Assembly (NCBI GenBank): GCA_001179505.1 | Contig: CDMY01000947.1 | Location: 1-64,000 of the forward strand | Source of the DNA: Vitrella brassicaformis CCMP3155 | Taxonomy: Eukaryota; Protista; Chromerida | Length of the DNA: 64,000 nt | Direction: 5' to 3' | Shown here: piece by piece, positions 15,049 through 27,442 of the stretch | How the letters are laid out: the number at the start of each line of letters is the position of its first letter | How positions within the stretch are numbered: position 1 is the first letter of the stretch | Program-made: the position numbers and the translations under genes | Notes under the pieces: generated by a model | What the model was told of the DNA's origin: nothing | Database searches by the model: none | What the model saw: the letters and a program-made list of their open reading frames with translations, nothing else

Positions 15049-15508
15049 TGGCGGGGTGCCGCAGTGATGCGTGCAGCGACTGCATGATACTGTGTATAGA
15101 AACACATGGTACGTACGTGTATATAATGCATACACACATATATATTTGTGAGTGAGTGGCCCTGCCTGACTGTCTGTCTGTCTGTCTGTCTGTGAGTGTG
15201 TGAGTGAGTGCATTGATTGGTGTGGGCCATGAGTAAGCGATTCAATCGGCCGGCCAGCCAGGCCAGCCGTGCGTTGCAGACAAAGGATGGATGGGTGCTA
15301 TACGTGGTGATGGGTGGAGGGATGGAATATTGATGACAGACATCGATATCCATGACGTCTGCACATTCCCTCGTCCGCAGAGACGGACGGACTCTTCACA
15401 CGGTGAACTCAAGTCATTCGAGTCAGCCGAGCCATCAACATGACGCACACGGGCATGAAGTATTCGGCTGCAGTCCCGATACTATGCGTCACGCTTGCCA
15501 GCCCGCCC

Positions 15509-15646
15509 TCATGCCAGCTTGAATACCTCCAGCTCATCGATGGCAAAGTGCCATCCCTTCACAGACACAGGCAGACACACTCGGTCATCGTTCCAGCCAT
15601 TATCGCTCGGCCTGACACCCGGCCGCTGCCACAGTGTGTATGCACT
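15509..15646 (-). pseudogene. Detached 3' end of a BTB-TLDc paralog
   Basis: LWQRPGVRPSDNGWNDDRVCLPVSVKGWHFAIDELEVFKLA* matches the end of the intact gene at 48840-48963 (WERPSVKPSDRGWDGDVVFLPVSVKGWQFEIDELEAYKLA*). The following GAGGGCGGGCTGGCAAGCGTGACGCATAG is also shared. Confidence 0.85.
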
Positions 15647-16953
15647 CGGCCGGTGAAACGAATGTGTGTGACGGGTGTTGCTGTTGTGGGCGTGGTGGTG
15701 ATGCGAGCAATTCAAGAACGGACTCGTTATGCGTCCGTCCAGCCTGGCTGCCACGCGTCTGTCTGTCTGTCTATGGTCCCCCAGTTCCCTCCCTCCCTCC
15801 CCACCTGCCCACCCAGCCATACGAATGCACAGTACACACACAGGTATCCACACATCATCATGACTGATCTTATGCGCACCCTATCGACGGCCGAAAAACC
15901 ATAGGGCGGCTGCTCGATCTCGTCCGCTCCATGGCAGTGCCGCCGGCATCCATCCATCGCACTCTCAGACCGCTGCCCATGAAGCTTGCAGTCCGTCCAA
16001 CACGAGACTCAATCACACAGGGCAGGCAGGCAGGCAGAAATGCGAGCAGCAAACCCAGCCACACTCACTCGCCCACCCCGAGCCGAGAAAACAACCACGT
16101 GGAGTGACTGACTGACTGACGCGTGGCCCTGCCCTGCCCGCCATCCGCCAGCCGAACTCATCCCATCCGCCACACGATACACAGGCGGCTGAACAGTCAC
16201 ACACACACACGCACAGAGAGAGGGAGAGGGAGAGGGAGTGGGAGAGAGAAGAGGCCACACAAATGTCTGTCATGACAACTCTTAACTCTCCTTCCAAGCA
16301 CCCAATGCGCACCTCGGTCGGTTCTATCGGTGGCGGGTGTTGAGGTGGTGCTGGGGGTACATCTGTGCCATCAGCAGCCGCTGCATCGCACTCTCAGCAA
16401 TGCCCCCACCGCCGCCCATGACGCTTGCAGTCGCCTGTGGGAGCACCTGTGCAATCGCCGGGAAGGGCTGGGGATGATGGTGCTGCGGGTGAGGGTTAGG
16501 ATGGCTGTGGGGGTGTGCTACGGGCACCTCCCTTGCAGTCGCCGCACCGGCAGGCCACTGCCCCCACAGTGTCACGGCCTGCGGGTGCTGCCGCAGTTGG
16601 TACGGGTAGCCATTCGGCAGCTGCTGGGCGTATCTGATGTGACTGGCACGGGTGACGGGGCCGGGGTTGGGGATGCCGGCGCGGGGCATGATGGGGGCGT
16701 ATCCACCGAACAAACTCGCCGGCACATCTGGGGCGAACACACAGCACACACAGCACACAAAGGATAGATAGATCCATGACATGACTGACGGGGTCCCCTC
16801 TGGCTGGTCTGGTCTCTGTGCATCGCATCGCATCCCATCGCATCTACCATTCCTGTATCCGCTGCGTGTGCGGGTACCATCACCAACAGTTCCTCCCACG
16901 GCATGGGCCTTGGACGCCTCGCCCATCGCAACCCCACTGCCGCCGCCCCTGCT
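15647..16953 (-). repeat. Inverted duplication arm A (USP 3' end plus downstream flank)
   Basis: Near-identical reverse complement of 22955-24300. Both translate ...MGEASKAHAVGG...MYPQHHLNTRHR*. Confidence 0.95.
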
Positions 16954-19900
16954 GGTGGGCCGAGCCAAACCCTTGCCGCTCAGATCGCCCTTGGCCTGCT
17001 GCCACTGGCAGTCCACGGCGGAAGATGCCGCTGCTGCCGCTGCTGCTGACGTGGCCACCATGGTGCTGGTGGCGATCTGCGGCTTGTTGCCACCGATGCC
17101 CGTGTGGCGTGTGTGTGGGTTGCTGGGGGGCAGCTGCAGCGGGGGGAAGAATGGGCGGTACCCGGGGCACGCAGACGACGACGAAGCCGCGGCAGGGGTG
17201 GTGGCCGACACACCGTTGGCATTGGCGTTGGCCTGGACCGTCGGCGGCTGCTTCTGCTTGCTCGACGAAGCCCTGTATGAGGGCGCCACTGCAACCACCA
17301 CACGGCACAGCACAGCACACATCAATGGATGGATGAGTGGATGTGTGTGTGTGTGTCGGTTTCCCCGCCTTGCTTTGCTTACTCCTGCGGGGCTGCGGCT
17401 GCACGAACGCCGGCTGCCCGAAGGAGGCATATGCGCAGGGCGACGAGAGCATCGGCTGGTAAGCCGAGGCCGACACACCGAGATCAGGGCCACTACCGAA
17501 AGCGCCGAAACTGCCGCCCGCCGGCTGCCCGAGGCCGTACTGGTGGTGCTGGGAGAAGTGCAGGGGAGGCCGAGGCCGCCCGCCGTCAGCCCCGGCCCCA
17601 CTCTTGGCGGCCTGTCTCGTGCGGCCGCTGATGTTGGTGGCTTCGTTGCTGTTGGTGGCCAGAGGGCGTGATGGGGGCAGAATGGGGAGGATGGGGGGAG
17701 GCTTGACGAGTGCTGGTGCTGCGGGTGCCGCTGCCTCGCTCTCCCTGTTGCTGCCCGCATCGCCCGTGTCGATGCTCTCGCACACCTTGCCCACCAAAAG
17801 AGAGCGGCGACGCAGTCTCTCTGTCCGAGCTCTCGCAGCGGCCGTCTCGCCCGCGGCCCTGCGCGGCGCCATCACAACGTCGGCATCAACTTCAACATCG
17901 ACGGTTGCCACCTCTCCGTCAGCAGCATTAGCAGCAGCCTTGCGGCGCCTCTTGCTGCGCCCCCCATTCTCGGCACTGGCGCCGCTGCTGTCATTCTTGA
18001 TGACGGACTCGTCGTCTGTGTCGATGGACGGCGGCGAGGGTGAGCGCTTCCTGACCTGCCGCTGGCGGGTCGACCTGCGGCGGCCCGCTCCGAGCCCAGT
18101 GTCCTCCGAGGGCTCCGAGCCCTCCTGCTGCGAGGGGGAGGGCGTGTCGTGTTGGGGGGGCGGGGGCGGACGGGGGGGCAGCACCATCGACGGCACCCCG
18201 TCGCGCGAGTAGTAGGCCATGTAGGCCTGCAGACAGCCAGCCATGGGATTGAAACACACACAGACAGACAGACAAGGTGGGAGGATGTTGTGTGTGTGTG
18301 TGNNNNNNNNNNNNNNNNNNNNNNNNNNNNNNNNNNNNNNNNNNNNNNNNNNNNNNNNNNNNNNNNNNNNNNNNNNNNNNNNNNNNNNNNNNNNNNNNNN
18401 NNNNNNNNNNNNNNNNNNNNNNNNNNNNNNNNNNNNNNNNNNNNNNNNNNNNNNNNNNNNNNNNNNNNNNNNNNNNNNNNNNNNNNNNNNNNNNNNNNNN
18501 NNNNNNNNNNNNNNNNNNNNNNNNNNNNNNNNNNNNNNNNNNNNNNNNNNNNNNNNNNNNNNNNNNNNNNNNNNNNNNNNNNNNNNNNNNNNNNNNNNNN
18601 NNGGGGCCTGAGTGGGTGCCTTGCCTTGCCCACCTGCTGGGAGAGGACAAAGTCGTCGTCGGTGAATTCGGCCACGGGGCGGGAGTCGTCATACAGGCAC
18701 CAGCGGGGCCTGCATGGACCTGTGGGGGCTGGCCAAGCCGACACACGACACGTGACACACACACATAACAGACAGGCAGACAGACAGATGGATGGACGGA
18801 CACGTGTGCATGTGCAGAGAGAGAAAAGGTGGGTTGAATGACGCGATGCACCCACACACCCATCAGTGACGTGACATGACGTACCTTTCTCCTTGGAGTC
18901 GCCATCGTCCTGCACGAGGGAGTACACGGCGTAGTGACCCTGAACAGCACTCGAACCCTTGTGGACCACAACGGCTGACGACCACAGACACAGACACAAG
19001 ACAGAGGGAGAGAGTCACACACACGTGCGGTGCATTGCGCATGGCTGCCTCCCTCCCGCCACTCAGCTGAGCTCACCCACCGGTCAGTTTGTGTGCCCCC
19101 CGTTTGCCGTCCCCCGCGTCGATGTGCATGTCCGACGAGGATGCGGCCGCCGAGCCGCTCTTGGCGGCGTAGGCGTCGAGGTCCAACTCCAACGGCAATT
19201 CTACGTGGGTCTCCACCTGCAGAGACACAGACACAGACCAATCGGTGGATGGGATGGAGGGGTGTGGGCTGTCGCTCTCCCTCTCCCTCTCTCTCCCTGT
19301 GTGTGTGTGTATGTGTGGTGCCCCTGTACATACCTTGTCATTGGGGTCCTGGTTGCGCTTCAACTGCAGGATGGCCACTTCCGGCACCACAGACAAACTG
19401 GTGGCCTTGCAGGCGTCACACTTGCACCCACAGGCCTCGCAGAAGTACCTGACACACACACATACACAGAGAGACACAGAGACACACAGAGACAGAGGGA
19501 TACACAGGCGACAGGTGCTGTGTGTGTTGACTGGATTGGGTGGGTCAGGTGCCTCCCTCCTTACACACCGGTCGTCTCCCTCCAGTGACTCGTCTGCGAA
19601 GTGCGATCTGATGCACTCGTCAACGGTAGCAGACTGCCAAAGGACACACAGGGAGGGACAGGCACAGACAGAGCAGAGAGATGCAACAAACACATCCCTC
19701 CCTCCCTGCCTGCCTGCCTCTGTGTCTGTCTGTCCGATGGGTGGGTGCGGGCGGTACGGTCCACCGTGAGTGTGTACCTCGTCCGTCATGTGGTTGTCAG
19801 GGATGGGGACGGACATGATCCACTGCGGCTCATCCCGCGGACTGACCTTGTCGCAACACTTGCACCTCACCGACGTCCGCTGCACGCCTGATCGACGCAA

Positions 19901-21306
19901 CCAACAATAGCGAGCGACAAACACACCACAAATCAGTGGGCTGGGCAAGGGGATGGTGGTGCGGACCGACCTCTGAAGAGTTTGGAGACGGGCGTCTCGG
20001 TGGTGTGGTCGGCTCCCGCCTGCTCGAGGCTGATGTCGGTGGAAGGCCCCTTGTCCGACACCTGGTCCGCCAGCATCTCGCGGTGGACGGTGTCCAGAAA
20101 GAAGGTCGTCGCCTCTGCAACGTCCTCCTGGTTGCCAACGCCTGCACACACAGAGAGACAGAGAGACAGAGAGGGAGACGTGTGTGGGGGCGGGGGGAGG
20201 GGGGGAGGGAGGGAGGGCGTGTTTGTGTCTGTCGTGCGGTGCCTGACCGAAGTTGGGGCACGTCCGCATGAGCGTGTAGAAGAAGGTGCTGGGTGTGATC
20301 TTGAGATTCTGACAGTCGGCCTTGTCCAGCAGCACCCCGTTGCGCTCAGCCGCCCGCTCCTTCGATGCCCTCTCCTTGTCGCCAACACTCCACATGGCAC
20401 TGATGCATCCATCCATCAAGCCAGACAACACACATAGAGGGAGGGACAGATGAGCGAGGGAGGCCTTGTCTGTCTGTGGTCTCTTTGTGGGTGGGTGCTT
20501 AAGTGTGGTGCTTCCTTCCTTGGCTCCTACCTACCTTGTCACGAGGACCGTCTCCCACAGCAGTGACGACCTCGGTGCCTTCTGGTCGGCTCTGGTGGTG
20601 CGCCCGCCCCTCCCCAGACGGCCGAGGCCGTCTGGGCCCTTGGCTGCACACACACGAATCAACAAACAGGCAGAGCAGTGAGCATCAATGGTGGACTTGT
20701 CCCGCCTCCACCTGTCTGTCTGTCTGTCTGTCTGTCTGAATAAGTTGGCATCAGTCAAACGTACCGCTGAGCTTTGGAGCGAAGGCTTCGAACCGACGAA
20801 CGAGGGACTGCTTCCTCAGGCTATACGACGCCCCGCCTGATCGACAGACAGAGAAGAGAAGGAGTCCAACCAAGGATGCAGTCAGTGTGTGCGTCGTCTG
20901 TCGCCCTGTGCTGTGCTGTGCTGCCTTGTCGGGTGACTCGGCTTCTTACTGGTTAGCAAGAAGCCGACCAGTGGCCGCACCCTCAGCACGCCTTGCAGCA
21001 GGACCGAAAGGAAGCAGCTATTCCTCTCGACGTTCGAGAAGACCACGTGCCTAGGGGACTGCAACCCACGCATACAGCCACAACAGCACCATATAGCACT
21101 GCACAATCCCCCGAGAGACGAGAAATGCCCTCCAGGTCGCTCACCCGCTGCAGCGACTTTTCGTCGTAGGGCGTCGGGCTTGCGAACTCGGCGCTGTCAG
21201 AGGCTACGGTGAGGGTGGACACCCTCCTCTTGGGTGCGGTTCGTGAAGCGGGGCGGGGCGGCGGTGACTGGGCGGCTGAGCTGGAGCGGCCTTTTCGGCC
21301 TGACAT
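16324..21306 (-). CDS. Ubiquitin-specific protease (peptidase C19) with long low-complexity C-terminus, multi-exon, spans the N gap
   Basis: Cys box VVFSNVERNSCFLSVLLQ, QEDVAEATTFFLD, CKCC and CEAC zinc-finger-type pairs, ILQLKR, VELPLELDL, His box VVHKGSSAVQGHYAVY, WCLYDDS and AYMAYY. Start MSGRKGRS at 21306. Confidence 0.88.
18303..18602. other. Assembly gap (300 N)
   Basis: Run of N inside a USP intron, flanked by a (TG)n tract. Confidence 1.
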
Positions 21307-21359
21307 TGTGGGGCGGGCTGCTGCGCGGGCTGCTTCTCCCCCTCGGCTCCTCTCCCCTC

Positions 21360-21381
21360 GCGAGCTGGAGCTCCAGCTCGC
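21360..21381. promoter_or_regulatory. Inverted pair of GCGAGCT motifs upstream of the USP start
   Basis: GCGAGCT at 21360-21366 and AGCTCGC at 21375-21381, in the 21306/21544 divergent interval. Confidence 0.45.
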
Positions 21382-21543
21382 AAAGTCTAATCGGTTTTGT
21401 ACGAACACCGAGGTCGGCCCCTGAGGGCAGATGCTGTGTTTCTGCGTGAGGATCATTGAGGGCTGATCCTCTTTTGCATCATCGGAGGTGCTGGTTTATA
21501 TATCGCCATCTGCAGATCTCGCTGTTGTTGTGTCATTTGCAAG

Positions 21544-22950
21544 ATGTCGGGCACCGATGCGGTCGCGGCGGCGGCAGCAGCAGCAGCAGCAGCCTCTGGT
21601 GGCCGGGGGACCTGGCGCGTGTCGGCGGCAGATGAGAGCAGCGACGTCGGCACATGGCTGGAGATGAGCACAGACATGGCCAGTGACCTCATCGTCGCAC
21701 TCAAGAAGAAAGACGCTGGCCGATAGATATCGAGCAGCGTTAGCAGGCCCTGGGAGGCCCCTCACAGGACCCATACATAGTGCCCACGGTAAGGCGGGAA
21801 TTGGATGAGGGATGTCTGCAATGGCAGCTGATCTGTGCATGTGGATGGTGCAGGTGCAGCTGATGAGTTGTGTGTGCTGCGAGGTGGCGTGTTGGCCACT
21901 CTGTGTGGTGAATGGGCGGTTTGACGAGGGAGGCGCTGATCAAGGATCCCAACGAGTGGTCAGCCCGGCCGGCAGTCAGTCCGTTAGGACAGGGCAACTG
22001 TCCACCGTCTGTGTGCGTTTCCCTCAGGCTCATCAATCGGCGAGTTGGCCGTATACGAGGTTGGGGATGTGGACGACATCACACAGCCCGACGCCAAACA
22101 GAACGACGCCACATTCAGGTGTGTACGCACCGACACAATGGGGAGGGGATGAATGGCATTGGCGCACTGTGGTCTCCATCCATCTGTGTGTGTGGTGCTG
22201 CAGCCAGCTATTGGGTAGAGTACCTGACGGCCAATCCCTCCAATTGAGGAGACACCACCGCCACGCACGTCCACATCCCGCCCGCCCGTCACACGGGACA
22301 ATCCGACCCCAGCAGCAGGACGGCCAGGGTGAGGGTGAGGGTGAGCAGCCCGAGGTCGATCCAGCCAGTGGCGATGCGATCCGGTGTCTGTGGCGGCCCA
22401 GCTGCCCGACATCATCCGCAAGGCCATGGCGGAGAGAGAAGGCCTGCGAGCACCAGAGGCTCATAGCCATCAAACCACTACTCAAATCGGGCAATATATA
22501 ATGAGGACGATGCGGTAGGTAAATCAACCACGACCGACGGAGACTACAGCTCGTTTGCCGATCGATGGGCGGCTCCATCTGTCTATCTGTGTGAGTGTCT
22601 TTGGTGTGTTGTGTGTTCAGTTGCTGTCGATTGACGTCTTTGGGACGACAGTGACGATCACCATGACCGTGGCCAAAGGGCGACGACTCAACCTTGGCCA
22701 ATCGGTTCATCAAGTACACAATGACAACCCAATGGCTACACCGCACAGCCATCCCTCCCTGCCACGTGTGTGTGTCAGGCAGGTATGCCCTTCTGTGATG
22801 ACGGTTTGGTGCCGGTGGACTACGTGCGGCGCGTTGTCGACATCGTCACGCGGGCGTACATCAATCGACAGAGCAATCACGGCCGAGGACGTTCAGAGCT
22901 CCCGGGGCGACACCAATGACGAGGCCTTCCGGAATGCGCTGAACATGTCA
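21544..22950 (+). pseudogene. 5' two-thirds of a decayed BTB-TLDc paralog, truncated at the inverted repeat
   Basis: Exon-by-exon similarity to 46578-48030: poly-Ala start, GRFDE vs GKFDAG, YWVEYL vs YWAELL, AIKPLLKSGN vs AIKPLLKTGN, LLSIDVFG vs LVSIDVLG, VRRVVDIV vs VQRVVDIV. Stops (e.g. 21724) and frameshifts are present. Confidence 0.85.
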
Positions 22951-22954
22951 TGTG

Positions 22955-24300
22955 AGCAGGGGCGGCGGCAGTGGTGTTGCGATGGGCGAGGCGTCCAAGG
23001 CCCATGCCGTGGGAGGAACTGTTGGTGATGGTACCCGCACACGCAGCGGATACAGGAATGGTAGATGCGATGGGATGCGATGCGATGCACAGAGACCAGA
23101 CCAGCCAGAGGGGACCCCGTCAGTCATGTCATGGATCTATCTATCCTTTGTGTGCTGTGTGTTCGCCCCAGATGTGCCGGCGAGTTTGTTCGGTGAATAC
23201 GCCCCCATCATGCCCCGCGCCGGCATCCCCAACCCCGGCCCCGTCACCCGTGCCAGTCACATCAGATACGCCCAGCAGCTGCCCAATGGCTACCCGTACC
23301 AACTGCGGCAGCACCCGTACCAACTGCGGCACCACCCGCAGGCCGTGACACTGTGGGGGCAGTGGCCTGCCGGTGCGGCGACTGCAAGGGAGGTGCCCGT
23401 AGCACACCCCCACAGCCATCCTAACCCTCACCCGCAGCACCATCATCCCCAGCCCTTCCCGGCGATTGCACAGGTGCTCCCACAGGCGACTGCAAGCGTC
23501 ATGGGCGGCGGTGGGGGCATTGCTGAGAGTGCGATGCAGCGGCTGCTGATGGCCCAGATGTACCCCCAGCACCACCTCAACACCCGCCACCGATAGAACC
23601 GACCGAGGTGCGCATTGGGTGCTTGGAAGGAGAGTTAAGAGTTCACATGACAGACATTTGTGTGGCCTCTTCTCTCTCCCTCTCTCCCTCTCTCCCTCTC
23701 CCTCTGTGTGTGTGTGTGTGTGTGTGACTGTTCAGCCGCCTGTGCATCCCCCCCACGTGGCGGATGGGACGCCAGATGGATGGGTGGATGAGCTCGGCTG
23801 GCGGATGGCGGGCAGGGCAGGGCAGGGCCACGCGTCAGTCAGTCAGTCACTCCACGTGGTTGTTTTCTCGGCTCGGGGTGGGCGAGTGAGTGTGGCTGGG
23901 TTTGCTGCTCGCATTTCTGCCTGCCTGCCTGCCCTGTGTGATTGAGTCTCGTGTTGGACGGACTGCAAGCTTCATGGGCAGCGGTCTGAGAGTGCGATGG
24001 ATGGATGCCGGCGGCACTGCCATGGAGCGGACGAGATCGAGCAGCCGCCCTATGGTTTTTCGGCCGTCGATAGGGTGCGCATAAGATCAGTCATGATGAT
24101 GTGTGGATACCTGTGTGTGTACTGTGCATTCGTATGGCTGGGTGGGCAGGTGGGGAGGGAGGGAGGGAAGTGGGGGACCACAGGCAGACAGACGCATGGC
24201 AGCCAGGCTGGACGGACGCATGACCAGTCCGTCCTTGAGTTGCTCGCACGCAACACGCCCACAAAGTTACACCTGTCACAAACATTCGTTTCACCGGCCG
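22955..24300 (+). repeat. Inverted duplication arm B (promoterless copy of USP last exons plus flank)
   Basis: Reverse complement of 15647-16953 with small indels, including a 21-nt duplication encoding a second YQLRxHP. Confidence 0.95.
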
Positions 24301-25839
24301 CAACATCAGTCGGCAGTCAAGATGCACGGGCCGCGACGGAACTACACCTCGCTGTGTCCACACATGACAGAAAAGGCCTCAAGTGTGTCCGTCGTGGCTG
24401 TCGGTCCCTCGCATACCGTCGATGCATCCATCCACCTCATATATGAATGCACCGAAAACGACCGCACCCTGGCGTCAACCGCCTCACCTTCGTCGCTCAC
24501 ATTGGACACATATAGCTGCCGTCACAATCCTTTCCAGATGAGCACCAGGCCTTTGCACGACAGCACCGTCTTCACGGCCATTCATCTGCGTTTGCAGCTA
24601 GAAGAGACAGACAACAAGAGACAGACAGACAGACAGGGCTCTCGCGTAGACATGCATCCGTTTTGTATACTTATTGATTACATTCGGTGATTCGGCGTGT
24701 CTCATCATCCTCTGTTTGACCCTCTGGTACGTCCAGTACAGCTCTCGCCAGCCCCCCACATGCTCGTGGGCCTCCAGGCTGCCAGCCACTGCTGGAGTGG
24801 TATGTATGTCATCAGATTGGCCACAGAAAGGCTCCGGATGTGCTGTTTTGTCCTCGCCCTGGGCGAATCGATTCCTCGTAGTCATGCTGGGGTGTGACCA
24901 GCTCGTCCACGACCAACAGGAGCTTTGACTGAGGTGAGTGAGGGAGGAGACACGGCCATGTGGACAAGCAGAGACATGAAGAGAATTATCAGGCGTGTCT
25001 CCGACCTGTAGGTCATGCAGCGTCATGCCGCTCCTTGCCCAGTCGGCCGCGACGCTGAAGAAATGGCACATTAATTACCCCACACAAATGCGGGGTATGC
25101 GATTAACCACTCCCTCCGTCCACATACACACGACAGCAAAAGTTTAATTGCACTGATTGTGGTTGTGCACGCGTCGTGACGGCCGTCGAGGGCGAGTTGC
25201 TCGTCCAGTACGCACCAGCCGGCCAAACTCACAGCTGGCCACATACGGACGTCAAAGACTGCCTGGCCGACCGGGTCGACAGTGAAGGAGGGAGACATTC
25301 GTATGGATCGGTGTCATCTGTTCAATCGAATGCCTAGGAAGGCACAGTCTGACGTGTTCGTCGACTGATGGATGCCATTGGTGGCCGGGTGTCTTTTCCT
25401 GTGTGTATTTATGTATTTGTGTGCTCGCTCAGTGATTCGTTGCATGAGGCTGGAGTGAGTGCTATGGACACACATCACTTGAACGAATTCGAATTCATGT
25501 ACGCGCGTACAGTCAGCCACTGCATGCGGCAAGCAAGAGCTCATCCGACAGCAAGATATGTACGTACAAACGAGAAAGGAACTGTTCGTTCCGCAGACCG
25601 TCTTAAAGCGCGTAACGTACGTACAGCCACCACGAAACCTAATTAAACACTCTCACCCCCACTAGCTGTGGCCGCCAGCCAGCCAGCCAGCACCACACAA
25701 ACATCCATTTATCCCGATTCCTGGAGACAGTGCGAGACAATTGTGAGAATCAGACAGACGAATATAAAATGTAGGCAACGATGCACTCTACCCTTGCTCC
25801 CCCACTGTGGCCGCCAGCCAGCACCACACAAACATCCAT

Positions 25840-27200
25840 CCACATCCCACTGATCCACCCATCCATCCACCACACCAGACAACACACATAGAGGGAGGGA
25901 GGGAGGGACAGATGAGCGAGGGAGGCCTTGTCTGTGGTCTGTTTGTGGGTGCGTGTGGTGCTTCCTTCCTTGGCTCCTACCTACCTTGTCACGAGCACCG
26001 TCTCCCAGAGGAGTGAGGAACTCGGTGCCTTCTGCTCCGCTCGAAGGGTGCGGCCTCCCCTCGCCAGATGCCCGAGGTGCTCTGTGCCCTTGTCTGCACA
26101 GACACAAGAATCAACAAAGGGGCAGAGCAGTGAGCGGTGGTGGACTTCTCCCGCCTCCACCTGTCTGTCTGTCTGTCTGTCTGAATAAGTTGGCATCAGT
26201 CAAACGTACCGCTGAGCCGGGGAGTGTACGTCTCGAAGCGCCGGATGAGTGAGTCCTTCCGCTGGGTGTACGATTGACCGCCTGTTTGACAGACAGAGAA
26301 CGATGCAGTCAGTTTGTTATCGGAGGTTATGGTGAGCTATCGGAGGTTATGGTGAGCGTTGAGGCCCTCCCCTTGGCCGCCGTCGGCAACAGTCCACATC
26401 CCACTGATCCATCCATCCATCACACCAGACAGACAACACACATAGAGGGAGGGAGGGACAGATGAGCGACGCCGTGTCTGTGGTCTGTTTGTGGGTGCGT
26501 GTGGTGCTTCCTTCTCTGGCTCCTACCTACCTTGTCACGAGTACTGTCTCCAACAGTAATGAGGACCTCGGTGCCTTGTGGTCAGCTCTCGTGGCGCGGC
26601 CGCCCCTCGCCAACCGACCGAGGTTCTCAGTGCCTTTATCTGCACACACACAAGAATCAACAAGGCAGAGCAGTGAGCGGTGGTGGACTTCTCCCGCCTC
26701 CAGCTGTCTGTCTGTCTGTCTGTCTGCGTCAGTTGGCATCAGTCAAACGTACCCCTGAGCTTCGGCGCGTAGGCCTCGAATCGGTGAATGAGGGACTCCT
26801 TCCGCAGCCGATAGGACACACCGCCTGATCGACAGACAGAGAAGAGAAGGAGTCCAACCAAGGATGCAGTCGGTGTGTGCGTCGTCTGTCGCCCTGTGCT
26901 GTGCTGCATTGCAGTGTCGCGTGGCTCGGCTTCTTACTCTTGAGCAAGAACTTGACCAGCGGACGCACCCTGAGGACCCTCTGTAGTAGCACCGACACAT
27001 AGCAGCTCTGTGTCATGATGTTCTGAAACACCACATGCCTAAACCACTGCAACCCACGCATAGCATACAGCCACAACAGCACCATATAGCAGTGCACAAT
27101 GCATGCCGAGAGACGAGAAATAGTCGCTCACCTTTTGGAGCCACTGCTCGCCGCAGGGCAGCGGGCTCTCGGCAGTGGATGGTGGTGGCTGTTGTAGATG
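25840..27200 (-). pseudogene. Truncated tandem partial copies of USP exons 1-5
   Basis: 26430-27130 mirrors 20415-21125 (HVVFQNIMTQSCYVSVLLQ; SYRLRKESLIHRFEAYAPKL; APRSSLLLETVLVT). 25870-26290 repeats exons 3-4 again (APSSSLLWETVLVT). The exon 5 start is frameshifted and there is no His box. Confidence 0.85.
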
Positions 27201-27313
27201 TGCCCGTAGAAAGGGTGGCGTGTGAGAAAAACAGAGAGCTGGCTGACGGGACGGGAAAAAACAACGAGGGGAACACACACTCACACACACACAAAAACAT
27301 CTTTCATGTCTCA

Positions 27314-27424
27314 AGCTCGCACTCTCGAATTCTCGACGCGTGACGACCTTAATAAGAGGACCAACGTAGAGGATCAAGCCATCGGTCATTTCCAGCAATG
27401 TAGCTCAGCAGACGGCGCGAGCTT
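27314..27424. promoter_or_regulatory. Two GCGAGCTT motifs upstream of PPME1
   Basis: AAGCTCGC (core 27314-27320) and GCGAGCTT (core 27417-27423). Confidence 0.5.
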
Positions 27425-27442
27425 TTCGGAGTCTTGAGAAAG

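Noticed and set aside
18303-18602. N-run as the cause of the inverted repeat
   Set aside because: USP exons are collinear on both sides of the gap, and the repeat arms lie well away from it and differ by indels.
24480-24530. In-frame TGA as possible selenocysteine or recoded stop
   Set aside because: The surrounding frame has other stops, no selenoprotein motif or SECIS is recognised, and all intact genes use standard stops.
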